A DNA stretch of 64,000 nucleotides from a virus (Duplodnaviria; Caudoviricetes), in the IMG/VR virus record IMGVR_UViG_2706795719_000001, positions 1 through 64,000 of that record, one strand, 5' to 3'. Below are positions 1-8,952 of the stretch, in pieces; within the stretch, counting starts at the first letter, position 1, and every line of letters starts with the position of its first letter. Under the pieces are notes generated by a model. The model searched no databases and was not told where the DNA came from. It saw only the letters and a list, made by a program, of their open reading frames with translations. Both the position numbers and the translations under genes were made by a program.

Positions 1-2046
1 TTATAATTCCTTAGGTTTCAAATAAGTATTAATGATTTTAATTTGTTTTTCTGTAAATTCTGGCAAATTATAAACATAATAATATAATACAGGGTATTTT
101 TCGCGAATATTCTTTTCAGAATTTTCAAATTCTTGTTCTTTTTGAGTTTCAAGTAAAGTCAGTTCATTGTATAAAGCTTCATCAGAACATAAAAGTATTC
201 TTTTTAATTCTAAATATAAATACAAATCTATAGCAGGCTTGTATTTTGGATTTAATAAAAGCATATCAATCCATGGAAGTTCTTTTAGAACATCACAATT
301 TAAAAAGTCAGAACTATATTCAACAGGAATATTATTAATATTTAAATTGAATGATTTAATTTTATCTGAAAGCATATCAATCATATTTTGTCCTTCAGAA
401 TATTTAAATGCTGCAGGTCTAATAACATGGAATTCTTGTATTCCTAAAAATTCACAAAGTTTAATTACGGCTCTATTAGCTATGTATTGCTTATTTTTGT
501 CTGAACATATAATTGTATTATCGTATGAATATAAAATAGGCCCTTTAATTTCTCGGACTTCTGATGCTGTTAAGTACAAGTCGCTTTTAGAAAAATACTT
601 ATTCCATTTATCTTCTTTCATTGTCCAAATTTGTACATTAGAAGCTTTTGGTCGGGCTTCAACAGGTTTAGAAGTTTTGTATTTGGTTCTTAAATAAGAT
701 AAATTATAGATTGATAAGTCATCACCCATGAAATCTTTTATTTGTTCTAGGGTTTGCGTTTCTGAATCTTTTAAAACAACACATAATCTATCAAAACCAA
801 AATCTTGCTTCATTCCACGAATTGTAGCAATTTTGTCTTTACCTTTACAATCATCAATTATAACTAATAAATTAGATACACCAAAATTTAAAATTGTGCT
901 AATATTTTGCTTATATTTAGTAGAACTATGATTAAGATTACTAATTCTAACCAATTTAGGATTATCACAAATATAATATCCTTGCAAATATAAGTCAGGA
1001 TAAGCTCTATATTTCGAGTGCAAATTTTTAATTGGTCCAAATTTTTTAGATTCAAAATATTTTTTTAAATATTCACACAAACGATACGGTTTAGTATTTA
1101 CATATCTTAGAACGGCCCTTTCAGAATCAATATCGTCGATTTCTTTTTGGATCTCTGTATATATTTCTTTTGTTATTTCTTCAACTCTTCTTTTAATATT
1201 GTTTACCGTGTCGTCGTCATACGAAATTTCTTCACGAGAAGGAGCAATATCAAGTTCACCTAGCTTAAAGCGAATAAATAGTTTACCTGGTTCACCTAAA
1301 GCACGTATTCCGGAAAAGTCAAAAGATTCACTCTTTAATGGATATCTAATTTTACCCATAATTGCATAAACTTCTGTTGAATCAACCGATAACCCGGAAT
1401 CTGCAAAAAAGTATTCATCTGTAGGTAAATAATTAACTTGAATCTGTGGGCCTACAAAATTGGGTTTAATGTCACAAAACGTGGCAAAAACATATAGTGC
1501 TTCATGATGCCATCTAGAAACATCTTTTTCTAAAACAGGAACAGTTATTTCTAATCCAGAAGGAGAATCATCTTCAACATCAAAAGTAGGAATTAACGAA
1601 GGTTCACCATTATCTAGACAAGCTGTATATCCACGAGCACGACCTTCAAATCTTGATACAATAGAAAATGTTTCTGTATATCCAAATGGAGATTTAGAAC
1701 CTAATCCTAAAGCACCAATAAAATCATTAGAATCTGATTTTGTAGATTCAAAATATGTGGTATACATATGAGTGACATCGTCATCGGATAATCCTGGACC
1801 GTAATCGCGAATAATAAATCTTGGATCAATAATAGATGGCAAAGTAACGTCAAAAGGATTAAAATGGCCTAATAAAGTATGAGCATCTGCGGCATTACAG
1901 CTCAATTCACGAATAATTGCTCTAATCTGATTAGTATATAAATTTTGTGACAAAACTTTAAAAGCTTTAGCAGATGTGGCAATTGTAAATTTGGTAGAAG
2001 TTTTATTACTACCTAACATTATTTCATTAGTATTATGTAATTTCAT
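1..2046 (-). CDS. rIIA: RIIA protein (N-terminal GHKL ATPase-like domain)
   Basis: IRELSCNAADAH, IRDYGPGL and GALGLGSKSPF GHKL motifs; T4 position downstream of gene 60. Confidence 0.93.
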   Translation of the reverse strand: MKLHNTNEIMLGSNKTSTKFTIATSAKAFKVLSQNLYTNQIRAIIRELSCNAADAHTLLGHFNPFDVTLPSIIDPRFIIRDYGPGLSDDDVTHMYTTYFESTKSDSNDFIGALGLGSKSPFGYTETFSIVSRFEGRARGYTACLDNGEPSLIPTFDVEDDSPSGLEITVPVLEKDVSRWHHEALYVFATFCDIKPNFVGPQIQVNYLPTDEYFFADSGLSVDSTEVYAIMGKIRYPLKSESFDFSGIRALGEPGKLFIRFKLGELDIAPSREEISYDDDTVNNIKRRVEEITKEIYTEIQKEIDDIDSERAVLRYVNTKPYRLCEYLKKYFESKKFGPIKNLHSKYRAYPDLYLQGYYICDNPKLVRISNLNHSSTKYKQNISTILNFGVSNLLVIIDDCKGKDKIATIRGMKQDFGFDRLCVVLKDSETQTLEQIKDFMGDDLSIYNLSYLRTKYKTSKPVEARPKASNVQIWTMKEDKWNKYFSKSDLYLTASEVREIKGPILYSYDNTIICSDKNKQYIANRAVIKLCEFLGIQEFHVIRPAAFKYSEGQNMIDMLSDKIKSFNLNINNIPVEYSSDFLNCDVLKELPWIDMLLLNPKYKPAIDLYLYLELKRILLCSDEALYNELTLLETQKEQEFENSEKNIREKYPVLYYYVYNLPEFTEKQIKIINTYLKPKEL

Positions 2047-2072
2047 TATTAACTCATTTGTCTATTATAGTA

Positions 2073-2264
2073 TTAATCATATAACTTATTATACAAGGTA
2101 CTAATACACGATTCAATATCGGGCCCTTTAATAGAGTAAAAGGACCCATCAATATATACTTCTAAAATATAACCCATCATTTCATGGATAGCACTTTCAA
2201 CACAATAGAAAGGAGAGCATTCCCCTTTATACATTTTATTTTTATATTCTATATGGATAACCAT
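2073..2264 (-). CDS. hypothetical protein (rIIA.1 position)
   Basis: 63-aa ORF with SD-like AAGGA, co-oriented with neighbours. Confidence 0.55.
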   Translation of the reverse strand: MVIHIEYKNKMYKGECSPFYCVESAIHEMMGYILEVYIDGSFYSIKGPDIESCISTLYNKLYD

Positions 2265-2273
2265 ATTATTTCC

Positions 2274-2501
2274 TTAATCAAAAAATCCTGGTCTGTCTTC
2301 AAGTTTTTTATGAATACCGAATAATGCATCTTCGATAGAAATTCCATCTTCAACAATGGCTTCTCTTCTATTATTAAACACTTTAACTTGATAAGCAACT
2401 AATTCTACATGTAAAGCTGTTCTTTCATAAATTGGAAGTACGACTGTCCGTCGTACGCTTCCTTTATACCAAAACCCTACTTCTGTCATGATTTCATCCA
2501 C
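2274..2501 (-). CDS. hypothetical protein
   Basis: 75-aa ORF overlapping the gene 60 3' end. Confidence 0.5.
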   Translation of the reverse strand: MDEIMTEVGFWYKGSVRRTVVLPIYERTALHVELVAYQVKVFNNRREAIVEDGISIEDALFGIHKKLEDRPGFFD

Positions 2502-3022
2502 TCTTTTCTAAGATCTGCATTATCACCAAATAACATTTCGAATAACTCTTCATAATTATCAGGCAATTCCACTATATCGTAAACCGGGTCCCTAACAACA
2601 CGTTTATATTCATTTGAAGTTAAAGAAGCTAGTCCTTTAATATACCGTGGTGCTGACCAGCCTTTTAATTTGGATTTTTCTTTTTCGTATTCTTCTACAT
2701 TATAATACCATTTCTGTTCATTACCTTTTTGAATAATAATTAAAGGTGTTTTACAAAAACGAATTCTTTGTTCTTTATATAATTCAGGCCATTTAGCAAA
2801 GAATGCTAATAGCGAAGGATATATGGAACCTTGTCCAATTATCTCTTTATTTGTGAGGTGTGTCAATGAGTAGCCCGAAGGCTACCCATCAACATCGGCA
2901 TCAGTCATAATAGCGATGTTATCATACATCATATTACTAGCGATAGAAGTTCTTTTAACAATAGTCTGGGCTTTATATTTAGTCATATCAATATCATTTT
3001 TATCGATTTTTGAGAATTTCAT
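2486..3022 (-). CDS. 60: DNA topoisomerase II subunit gp60, expressed by translational bypassing (segments 3022-2885 and 2833-2486, about 161 aa)
   Basis: ATG at 3022 gives 46 codons MKFSKIDKNDIDMTKYKAQTIVKRTSIASNMMYDNIAIMTDADVDG then TAG; resumes QGSIYPSLLAFF...YIKGLASL...LRKEWMKS, matching both halves of T4 gp60. Confidence 0.92.
2834..2890 (-). promoter_or_regulatory. ribosomal bypass (hop) element
   Basis: GAUGGGUAGCC-UUCG-GGCUACUCAUU take-off hairpin containing GGG (2887-2885) and UAG; mini-SD GAG 6 nt before landing GGA (2836-2834), as in T4 gene 60. Confidence 0.88.
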
Positions 3023-3809
3023 TTTTAACCTCGTAATATTCTGTATTTGGTTTCCAGCCTTGTTTAAACATATTTAAGGCCTTCGCGTATAATTTACTTC
3101 GTTTTTCTATTCCTGACTTCTTCATCCATTTAGCAACACCAGTTGCTTTTGGGCGAGATTCATCATAATTTGTTATATACCAGTTGTATAGAGACTCTAT
3201 ATTAACAATAGATTCCTTTTCAGCACCAAACTTATTAAACCAGGGTCTAGAATCATTTACTTCTTTAGCTCTTTTTGTTGCATTATTCCAGTTACCAATG
3301 CCCTTAAGCCCAAGTTCATTTATTTTAGGGTCATCAACTTTGAGACGGTATATTTTCCCTGATTCATCCTTAAAATTTGTTACACCTTTTTCGCCTTCAA
3401 ATCTATTTCCGAAATTGTTTCCAACCCATTCATCTTTATTAAATGTTCCTTTAACAAGCAATTTGCATTTTCCAGTTTTAACATTTCTCATAGATACTTT
3501 ATCAGACATAAATGCTTTAGACCATTTACTAACTGCTTTTCTATGGGCCTTTCTTGCGAATTCATAAGATCGAGAATTTTTATTAGAGTTCAACATTCTA
3601 CCTAAAGCGAAAGCCATTTCTTTGTTTCTATGTATTTTATACAATAACAAATGAGCAAAGAAATGTTCTCTACATGTAAGCTTTACTAAATTAGATTTGT
3701 CGTTTGACCCACCCATAGATCTAGGTACAATGTGATGAATTTCGCCTTCTTCGGCAGGATTTTCCTGCCGAATTTTAATTAAACTATTATATATTTTAGA
3801 GTAATTCAC
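3000..3809 (-). mobile_element. mobA: free-standing HNH homing endonuclease, MobA-like
   Basis: EIHHIVPRSMGGSNDKSNLVKLTCREHFFAHLLL HNH motif; lies between genes 39 and 60, the mobA position in T4. Confidence 0.85.
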
Positions 3810-5340
3810 TAACTTTAACCCAAGTTCCTTTTATTAGAATTTCGTCGTTTTCATTAACTATAACTTCTTTACCATCTATAATAGTTTTAAACCATTGCCC
3901 ATCTTTAGCGTATTCAAATGGAGATTCACCTAGTGTTAATCCTGTAATAGCCATTATATCAAAAGCTTCTTTACTCTTCATTATATCTACATCTTTCATA
4001 CCCCATGTATTTAAGAATTTACCTCTTAAAGGATATCCACCTTGAGTATCTTGAATACGAGAAGTCAATAATTCATTTAAAGCCGAATCTCCTTCTGTTA
4101 AAAACAATGTTGTTCCTTTACCTGGTTTTCCATAAAAGTTTGCTTTAATATGTTTTGCGACTTTGGCTTTTGCTGCTTTTTTAGCTGCTTTAGTGGCCGC
4201 AGCCTGTTCTGCCGCTAATTTACGGGCCAAAACAGCTTCAATAATAGGCATCAAGACGGTTTCAGTCTTCATTAATTGATTGGCAAGTTTTTTAACATCA
4301 ATATCCATGTGGTTTTTAACTTCACCCCATGTATTCGATAAACGTTCTTTTGTCTGTCCATCAAATTTTAAATCAGACATATCACGAACAAATAACAATA
4401 ATGTTAAACATTCTTTAATTCTTGCTTTTGTTACATCAATTTTAAACTTGCGTTTAATCATAGGGATTAATTCGGTACAGAACTCATCCATAAACCAATC
4501 GATATGAGAACCACCTTTCTTTGTATGGATATTATTGACATAAGAAATATGACGGAACCCATCAGGAGATCGTCCTATGGCGATAGAACAATTCTTTTGG
4601 TCATAGATAATAGAATCTTCATCAAATTGTTTTGAATACTTCTTGAAGTTCCCTGCAACCTTTTTACCATTAAATTTGAATTCGATATCAGGAAAAACAA
4701 CTGACATGGTCATTAAACGGTCTAATGTAATATCTTTATAGATATCAGATAAATTAGTATCTTCAAAATGTTCAAAATCTGGAACAAATTTTACTTCGGT
4801 TCCTTTGTATGTAGATTTTTTAGATTTCCAAGAAATATTTTCTGCACCATCAGTACAGTTAACTGTGATTTCATTTTTTCCATCTGAAGTAATACCGACA
4901 AACATAGTAGAAAAAATATTTGTAAGGGCGGAACCCACACCGTTCATGCCACCCGTTTTGCGTTTTGAGTCATCTCCAAAGTTACCACCAGCTCTTGAGC
5001 GGGTCCACGCAGCAACAGGACCTGGAATTTCTTCACCTTCAGGTGTAATAACCATTGATTGAGGTAATCCACGACCGTTGTCTTTAACTGTTACTGTATC
5101 ATTTTCAATAGTGACTTCAATTTTATTAGCAAATTTAAATTCAGTTCTAATAGCTTCGTCAACTGAATTGTCAATAATTTCATCAATAATTTTTACAATA
5201 CCAGGAACATACTTTATGGTCTTATATTCACCAAAAATAAATTGCTCAATATTTTCAGAAGCAGAAGAGCCAATATACATACCAGAACGTTTAATAATGT
5301 GTTCACGGTCACTTAAAATTTTAATTTCGTGGTTACTCAT
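3796..5340 (-). CDS. 39: DNA topoisomerase II ATPase subunit gp39
   Basis: EHIIKRSGMYIGS, EIIDNSVDE, GGMNGVGS, LTEGDSA and PLRGK motifs. Confidence 0.97.
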   Translation of the reverse strand: MSNHEIKILSDREHIIKRSGMYIGSSASENIEQFIFGEYKTIKYVPGIVKIIDEIIDNSVDEAIRTEFKFANKIEVTIENDTVTVKDNGRGLPQSMVITPEGEEIPGPVAAWTRSRAGGNFGDDSKRKTGGMNGVGSALTNIFSTMFVGITSDGKNEITVNCTDGAENISWKSKKSTYKGTEVKFVPDFEHFEDTNLSDIYKDITLDRLMTMSVVFPDIEFKFNGKKVAGNFKKYSKQFDEDSIIYDQKNCSIAIGRSPDGFRHISYVNNIHTKKGGSHIDWFMDEFCTELIPMIKRKFKIDVTKARIKECLTLLLFVRDMSDLKFDGQTKERLSNTWGEVKNHMDIDVKKLANQLMKTETVLMPIIEAVLARKLAAEQAAATKAAKKAAKAKVAKHIKANFYGKPGKGTTLFLTEGDSALNELLTSRIQDTQGGYPLRGKFLNTWGMKDVDIMKSKEAFDIMAITGLTLGESPFEYAKDGQWFKTIIDGKEVIVNENDEILIKGTWVKVSELL

Positions 5341-5355
5341 TATATCTCCTTTAAA

Positions 5356-5694
5356 TTAAGAAGGCACCTTATCAAAAATAAAGACAAAAGCATTATGTTC
5401 TTCATTTGAATATGGAGGAATTGCCACTTCTAAATATTTTAAATCTTCTTCATACATATAAGAAGAAAAATCTTTAATATCTCTTAATGCGAATTCTTCA
5501 TGCTTAAGAAGGTCTCCTATTAATTTTGGGTTTGGGTCCCATACTTTAACACGTTTTCTATAAACATGTGTAATTCTAAAAGGCCTACTATCTAACATCC
5601 ATCGATACTTATCTAAAAGGGCCCATTGTTCTTTATATTCAGGGTTTAATCTATATAATTGATCACTATTTAGTGATTCTGCTTGTACCCACAT
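5356..5694 (-). CDS. hypothetical protein, possibly GoF/MotB-like
   Basis: weak YRLN..PFRI pattern shared with neighbouring ORFs; GGAGG SD. Confidence 0.4.
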   Translation of the reverse strand: MWVQAESLNSDQLYRLNPEYKEQWALLDKYRWMLDSRPFRITHVYRKRVKVWDPNPKLIGDLLKHEEFALRDIKDFSSYMYEEDLKYLEVAIPPYSNEEHNAFVFIFDKVPS

Positions 5695-5705
5695 ATAACC
5701 TCCAT

Positions 5706-5724
5706 AAAAGGGACCGAAGTCCCT
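5706..5724 (-). terminator. intrinsic terminator
   Basis: AGGGAC-UUCG-GUCCCU followed by UUU. Confidence 0.8.
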
Positions 5725-5727
5725 ATA

Positions 5728-6162
5728 TTATTCAAAAAATACATCTAGCAATTTACGTATTGCTTCTGCCTGTTCTTTTGTAGTAACTTCCAAATTTAGT
5801 TTAACTGAATTAGGCTTTAAATTAAATACCTCACCAGTTGGTGGTTCCACAGGCATTATAGCAAGTGGAACATTCGACATAGACTCCGGGAGATAATCTA
5901 TTTCTTTACAATATTTTTCTAAATCATCGCCACAAAAAATATATAAAGGCATATCACTTGTATCAAATTCTAACCCATTAAAGAATTTGATTGTTTCAAA
6001 GCATGAGTAATCGTCTTTTGAATAGAAAAAAGGTGTTCCCACCAATTTATTTTCGGTAACAAATTTTTCAAATTCTTTAGCCCATACAGTTCCGTTATCA
6101 AGAATAAACGCATCAAAGGCCGATTGTGATTTAAAAACATACCGTTTCATATGGTCAATCAT
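5728..6162 (-). CDS. GoF (ComC-alpha)-like protein
   Basis: RYVFKSQSAFDAFI start and VKLNLEVTTKEQAEAIRKLLDVFFE end resemble recalled T4 GoF; syntenic between 39 and cef. Confidence 0.55.
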   Translation of the reverse strand: MIDHMKRYVFKSQSAFDAFILDNGTVWAKEFEKFVTENKLVGTPFFYSKDDYSCFETIKFFNGLEFDTSDMPLYIFCGDDLEKYCKEIDYLPESMSNVPLAIMPVEPPTGEVFNLKPNSVKLNLEVTTKEQAEAIRKLLDVFFE

Positions 6163-6163
6163 A

Positions 6164-6586
6164 TTATTGTCCTTTAAGATGTTCTAGTAATTCATTAATA
6201 AAGATAACAAGTTCTGTTTTAGAATTTAAAGTTTTTGCAGGAATTTCTAATTTAAATTCTTCTTTTTGATGGGAGTTCATATCCTTTGGAATATTTACAA
6301 AGAATTCTCTAAATTGTTTATCTTCTGTTTTAAATGTTAACAAACTACTATGAATAGGGATAGTATAAGATGGATAATATAAATCTGAAAATTCTAATCC
6401 ATTATCAAAAACACATCTTAAAAATGTATTTTCTGTACGATTAAAATAAACTGAAAATGGCATATCTTGTAAGTTGTTGTATATAACAAAATCTGCAAAA
6501 CTAGATTGGGCATTACAAAAACAACCGTATCTTGATACGTTAACACCCTTTTTAAATTTTAGACGTCCAATAAGTTCTTCTTTCAT
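6164..6586 (-). CDS. GoF-like paralog
   Basis: shares GRLKFK, FDNGLEFSD and INELLE with adjacent ORFs. Confidence 0.5.
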   Translation of the reverse strand: MKEELIGRLKFKKGVNVSRYGCFCNAQSSFADFVIYNNLQDMPFSVYFNRTENTFLRCVFDNGLEFSDLYYPSYTIPIHSSLLTFKTEDKQFREFFVNIPKDMNSHQKEEFKLEIPAKTLNSKTELVIFINELLEHLKGQ

Positions 6587-6588
6587 AA

Positions 6589-7026
6589 TTATGATTCCAA
6601 GTATTCTAATAATTCATTGATCAGCACTTTTGCTTCAGCTTTATTAGTAATAGTTTTATTGATTACTAAGTCTTTAGAATTTAAGTCTGGTTTTGGTTTC
6701 TCAATATCTTTTACAGCTTCAATAAATTTAAAATTAGAATGTCTTAGTTCACATTTAGAACCTTCAATATTAAGTCCAAACGTATAGAATTCTAACCCAG
6801 TATCTGAAAATATCATACCATTATCAAATACAATTTCTAAATCATACCAAGCCGGGTTGGTTTCAATTAAATTAATGGTAAAACTATGGTGTTTTAATAA
6901 ATACTTATCTAAAAAGTCAGAAAATAATACACGTGTTGTATTAAATTCTTGTTGTTCTACATAGTGTTTGATACTAATTGGAGATTTAAATTTAAATCTC
7001 CCTAATGATTTAATAAATTTGCTCAT
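6589..7026 (-). CDS. GoF-like paralog
   Basis: shares GRFKFK, FDNGMIFSD and INELLE with adjacent ORFs. Confidence 0.5.
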   Translation of the reverse strand: MSKFIKSLGRFKFKSPISIKHYVEQQEFNTTRVLFSDFLDKYLLKHHSFTINLIETNPAWYDLEIVFDNGMIFSDTGLEFYTFGLNIEGSKCELRHSNFKFIEAVKDIEKPKPDLNSKDLVINKTITNKAEAKVLINELLEYLES

Positions 7027-7961
7027 AGCACGGCCTTAGCCCATTTAGTGGTTTTAGATTTAATTTGTTCATTTAAATCATCAATAACGATACACATTAG
7101 GTCTTTATCATTGACAAGTTCAAATTCTTGTTTATTACGATAGTTAAGCCATAATGTATCAATTAAGCAATTAATAACATCAGCGGCTTCACCTGTTGCA
7201 CATTCGTCAACTTCATCTTGACGAAATGTAGCTTTAGAGTATTCACCAATTTCTTCGACTAAATGGGCAAAAACCATACTTAAATCACGTTCTGGTGCTT
7301 TAATACACATTTTAACGGTCGGACTAATGTCTAAAATTGGTTCACAATCAAAATCAGGCTCTTTTAATGGCTCTTCTTTGAAGACAATCGGTGTTTGTTC
7401 ATATTGAATAATCTGAATACCTGATAATTCAAAAAATTCTTGTTCTCTGAAATCATAAGTATAACCACCAAGTTTAGACAAACAAACAAACGAGCCAAAT
7501 GATTCATTTAAATTAGTATATATAGTTCCGTTAATATATACAGCTAAAGGATTGCCATAATCGTCTGTTTTTAAAATCGTGACAATTTTAGATTTAGTAT
7601 TATGTAAAAATTTAAAAATAGGATAAAGACGTCTTTGTTCTTCTGTTTCGGGCCAGAATTTATTTAATTTATAAGAACGGCCTTCTTTGAACATAGGTTG
7701 ACGAGTAAATGATTCATCTAGAGTTTGTTCACCTAAAACACACCAGAATGAGTCATCATTTGATAATTCAACAATTTGATTATTGATTAAAATTTTAGAT
7801 GCACCATAATATTGCATTGCGTTGGAAACCGTCACATCTAAAATTTGGACTTCCATGTTATCAAAAAGACGAATTCCACGGTCTTCCATGATTCTATAAA
7901 ATGCACTGACTTGGTTTAAAGAAGCCAGGTTTAATGTATAGATAGAACCTTTACTAATCAT
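7023..7961 (-). CDS. two GoF/MotB-like repeats fused to a MazG-like NTP pyrophosphohydrolase domain
   Basis: C-terminal HLVEEIGEYSK...GEAADVINCLID (EExxE...ExxD) motif; internally repeated N-terminal half (GSIYTLN / GRSYKLN). Confidence 0.6.
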   Translation of the reverse strand: MISKGSIYTLNLASLNQVSAFYRIMEDRGIRLFDNMEVQILDVTVSNAMQYYGASKILINNQIVELSNDDSFWCVLGEQTLDESFTRQPMFKEGRSYKLNKFWPETEEQRRLYPIFKFLHNTKSKIVTILKTDDYGNPLAVYINGTIYTNLNESFGSFVCLSKLGGYTYDFREQEFFELSGIQIIQYEQTPIVFKEEPLKEPDFDCEPILDISPTVKMCIKAPERDLSMVFAHLVEEIGEYSKATFRQDEVDECATGEAADVINCLIDTLWLNYRNKQEFELVNDKDLMCIVIDDLNEQIKSKTTKWAKAVL

Positions 7962-7965
7962 AATA

Positions 7966-8181
7966 TTATCCTTTTAAATTTTCAAAGAAAAATTCAGTTT
8001 TAGCAGTACTACCACAAGAACTGATAACACGTTTATAAACAGCAACGGCTTCATTATTTTCAATAACATATAAATTCGTCAGATGAATCGTATGAGACAC
8101 TTCTGAATCTTTTTGAACAACATTTAAAGTGTTTGAAAATAAAACATCTTCAAATTCATCACGTGTAATTACTTGTTCCAT
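7966..8181 (-). CDS. cef: Cef modifier of suppressor tRNAs
   Basis: TRDEFEDVLF...VVQK...HLT matches recalled T4 Cef; syntenic. Confidence 0.8.
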   Translation of the reverse strand: MEQVITRDEFEDVLFSNTLNVVQKDSEVSHTIHLTNLYVIENNEAVAVYKRVISSCGSTAKTEFFFENLKG

Positions 8182-8223
8182 TATAAACTCCCGTTATTTG
8201 TTTTGTTTCGTTTTGATGTAAGT

Positions 8224-8253
8224 ATAATACAAAATAAAAGAGGTCTTGTAAAC
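8224..8253 (-). promoter_or_regulatory. T4-type early promoter
   Basis: GTTTACA-N17-TATTAT; the -35 lies within a 9-bp inverted repeat (8236-8244/8252-8260). Confidence 0.8.
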
Positions 8254-8274
8254 CTCTTTTTTCTCTTTTTAAAA

Positions 8275-8952
8275 CTATTTTTTGATAGATACCGGGTCTA
8301 TATCTTTTTCTTCAGGAACTTCTTCAAGTCCAAGCGCATATCGTTCTGCTGTTTTAAGCATAATAATGTCTTTAGCACAGTCATGAATAGAGTCGTGTAA
8401 AACAAACCCATTTAAAACACCTTTACGAATAGGACACATAGTCATGTCTCTGTCTAATAAAAGTTTTCTAATAGAAGTCCTTGTATCATTTTGATTCCAA
8501 AAAGCGATAAATTCTTTCTTAAACGTATCTACGTCTTCTAAAGCTATTCCAGATTCTAATTCACGTTGGGTGATCATATGTTTTAAAATAGGAAAGTCAA
8601 ACGACATACCACGGCTATATCCTTGAGATTTCCAGAAATCAATTCCTTGGGCATCTAAATAATTCTTTAATATATCTAGTCCTTCATTAATCGTAACGTC
8701 CTGTGGTGTTCTAACAAGATTCTTTTTAGCTTCAGGTTCTTGTTGTTTCCACCATTCTACTGTGGATTTATAGAATACCCTTTTACCTTTTTGTGAATTC
8801 AAATCAAACTTAATACGCAACCCACGTTTAACAAGATCTTCAAAAGATTCTACTACATTAGGGTCCGGGTTAAAAGTAATAATAGATAAATCGATAACAG
8901 CCGAATCCGGCTGATTACCAAAAGTTTCTAAGTCAAATACAAAATCAATCAT
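8275..8952 (-). CDS. dexA: DexA 3'-5' exonuclease
   Basis: DFVFDLETFG, RGMSFDFPIL and HDSIHDCAKD (DEDDh) motifs. Confidence 0.93.
   Translation of the reverse strand: MIDFVFDLETFGNQPDSAVIDLSIITFNPDPNVVESFEDLVKRGLRIKFDLNSQKGKRVFYKSTVEWWKQQEPEAKKNLVRTPQDVTINEGLDILKNYLDAQGIDFWKSQGYSRGMSFDFPILKHMITQRELESGIALEDVDTFKKEFIAFWNQNDTRTSIRKLLLDRDMTMCPIRKGVLNGFVLHDSIHDCAKDIIMLKTAERYALGLEEVPEEKDIDPVSIKK

Noticed and set aside
2486-2866. Independent gene starting at TTG 2866 (MTHLTNKEII...)
   Set aside because: The TTG lies inside the bypass gap at the hairpin 3' arm, with no SD; the true gp60 N-terminus starts at 3022
2882-2884. Genome-wide amber recoding or a gene 60 pseudogene
   Set aside because: TAG ends other genes normally, no suppressor tRNA is seen in the window, and all bypass signals are present
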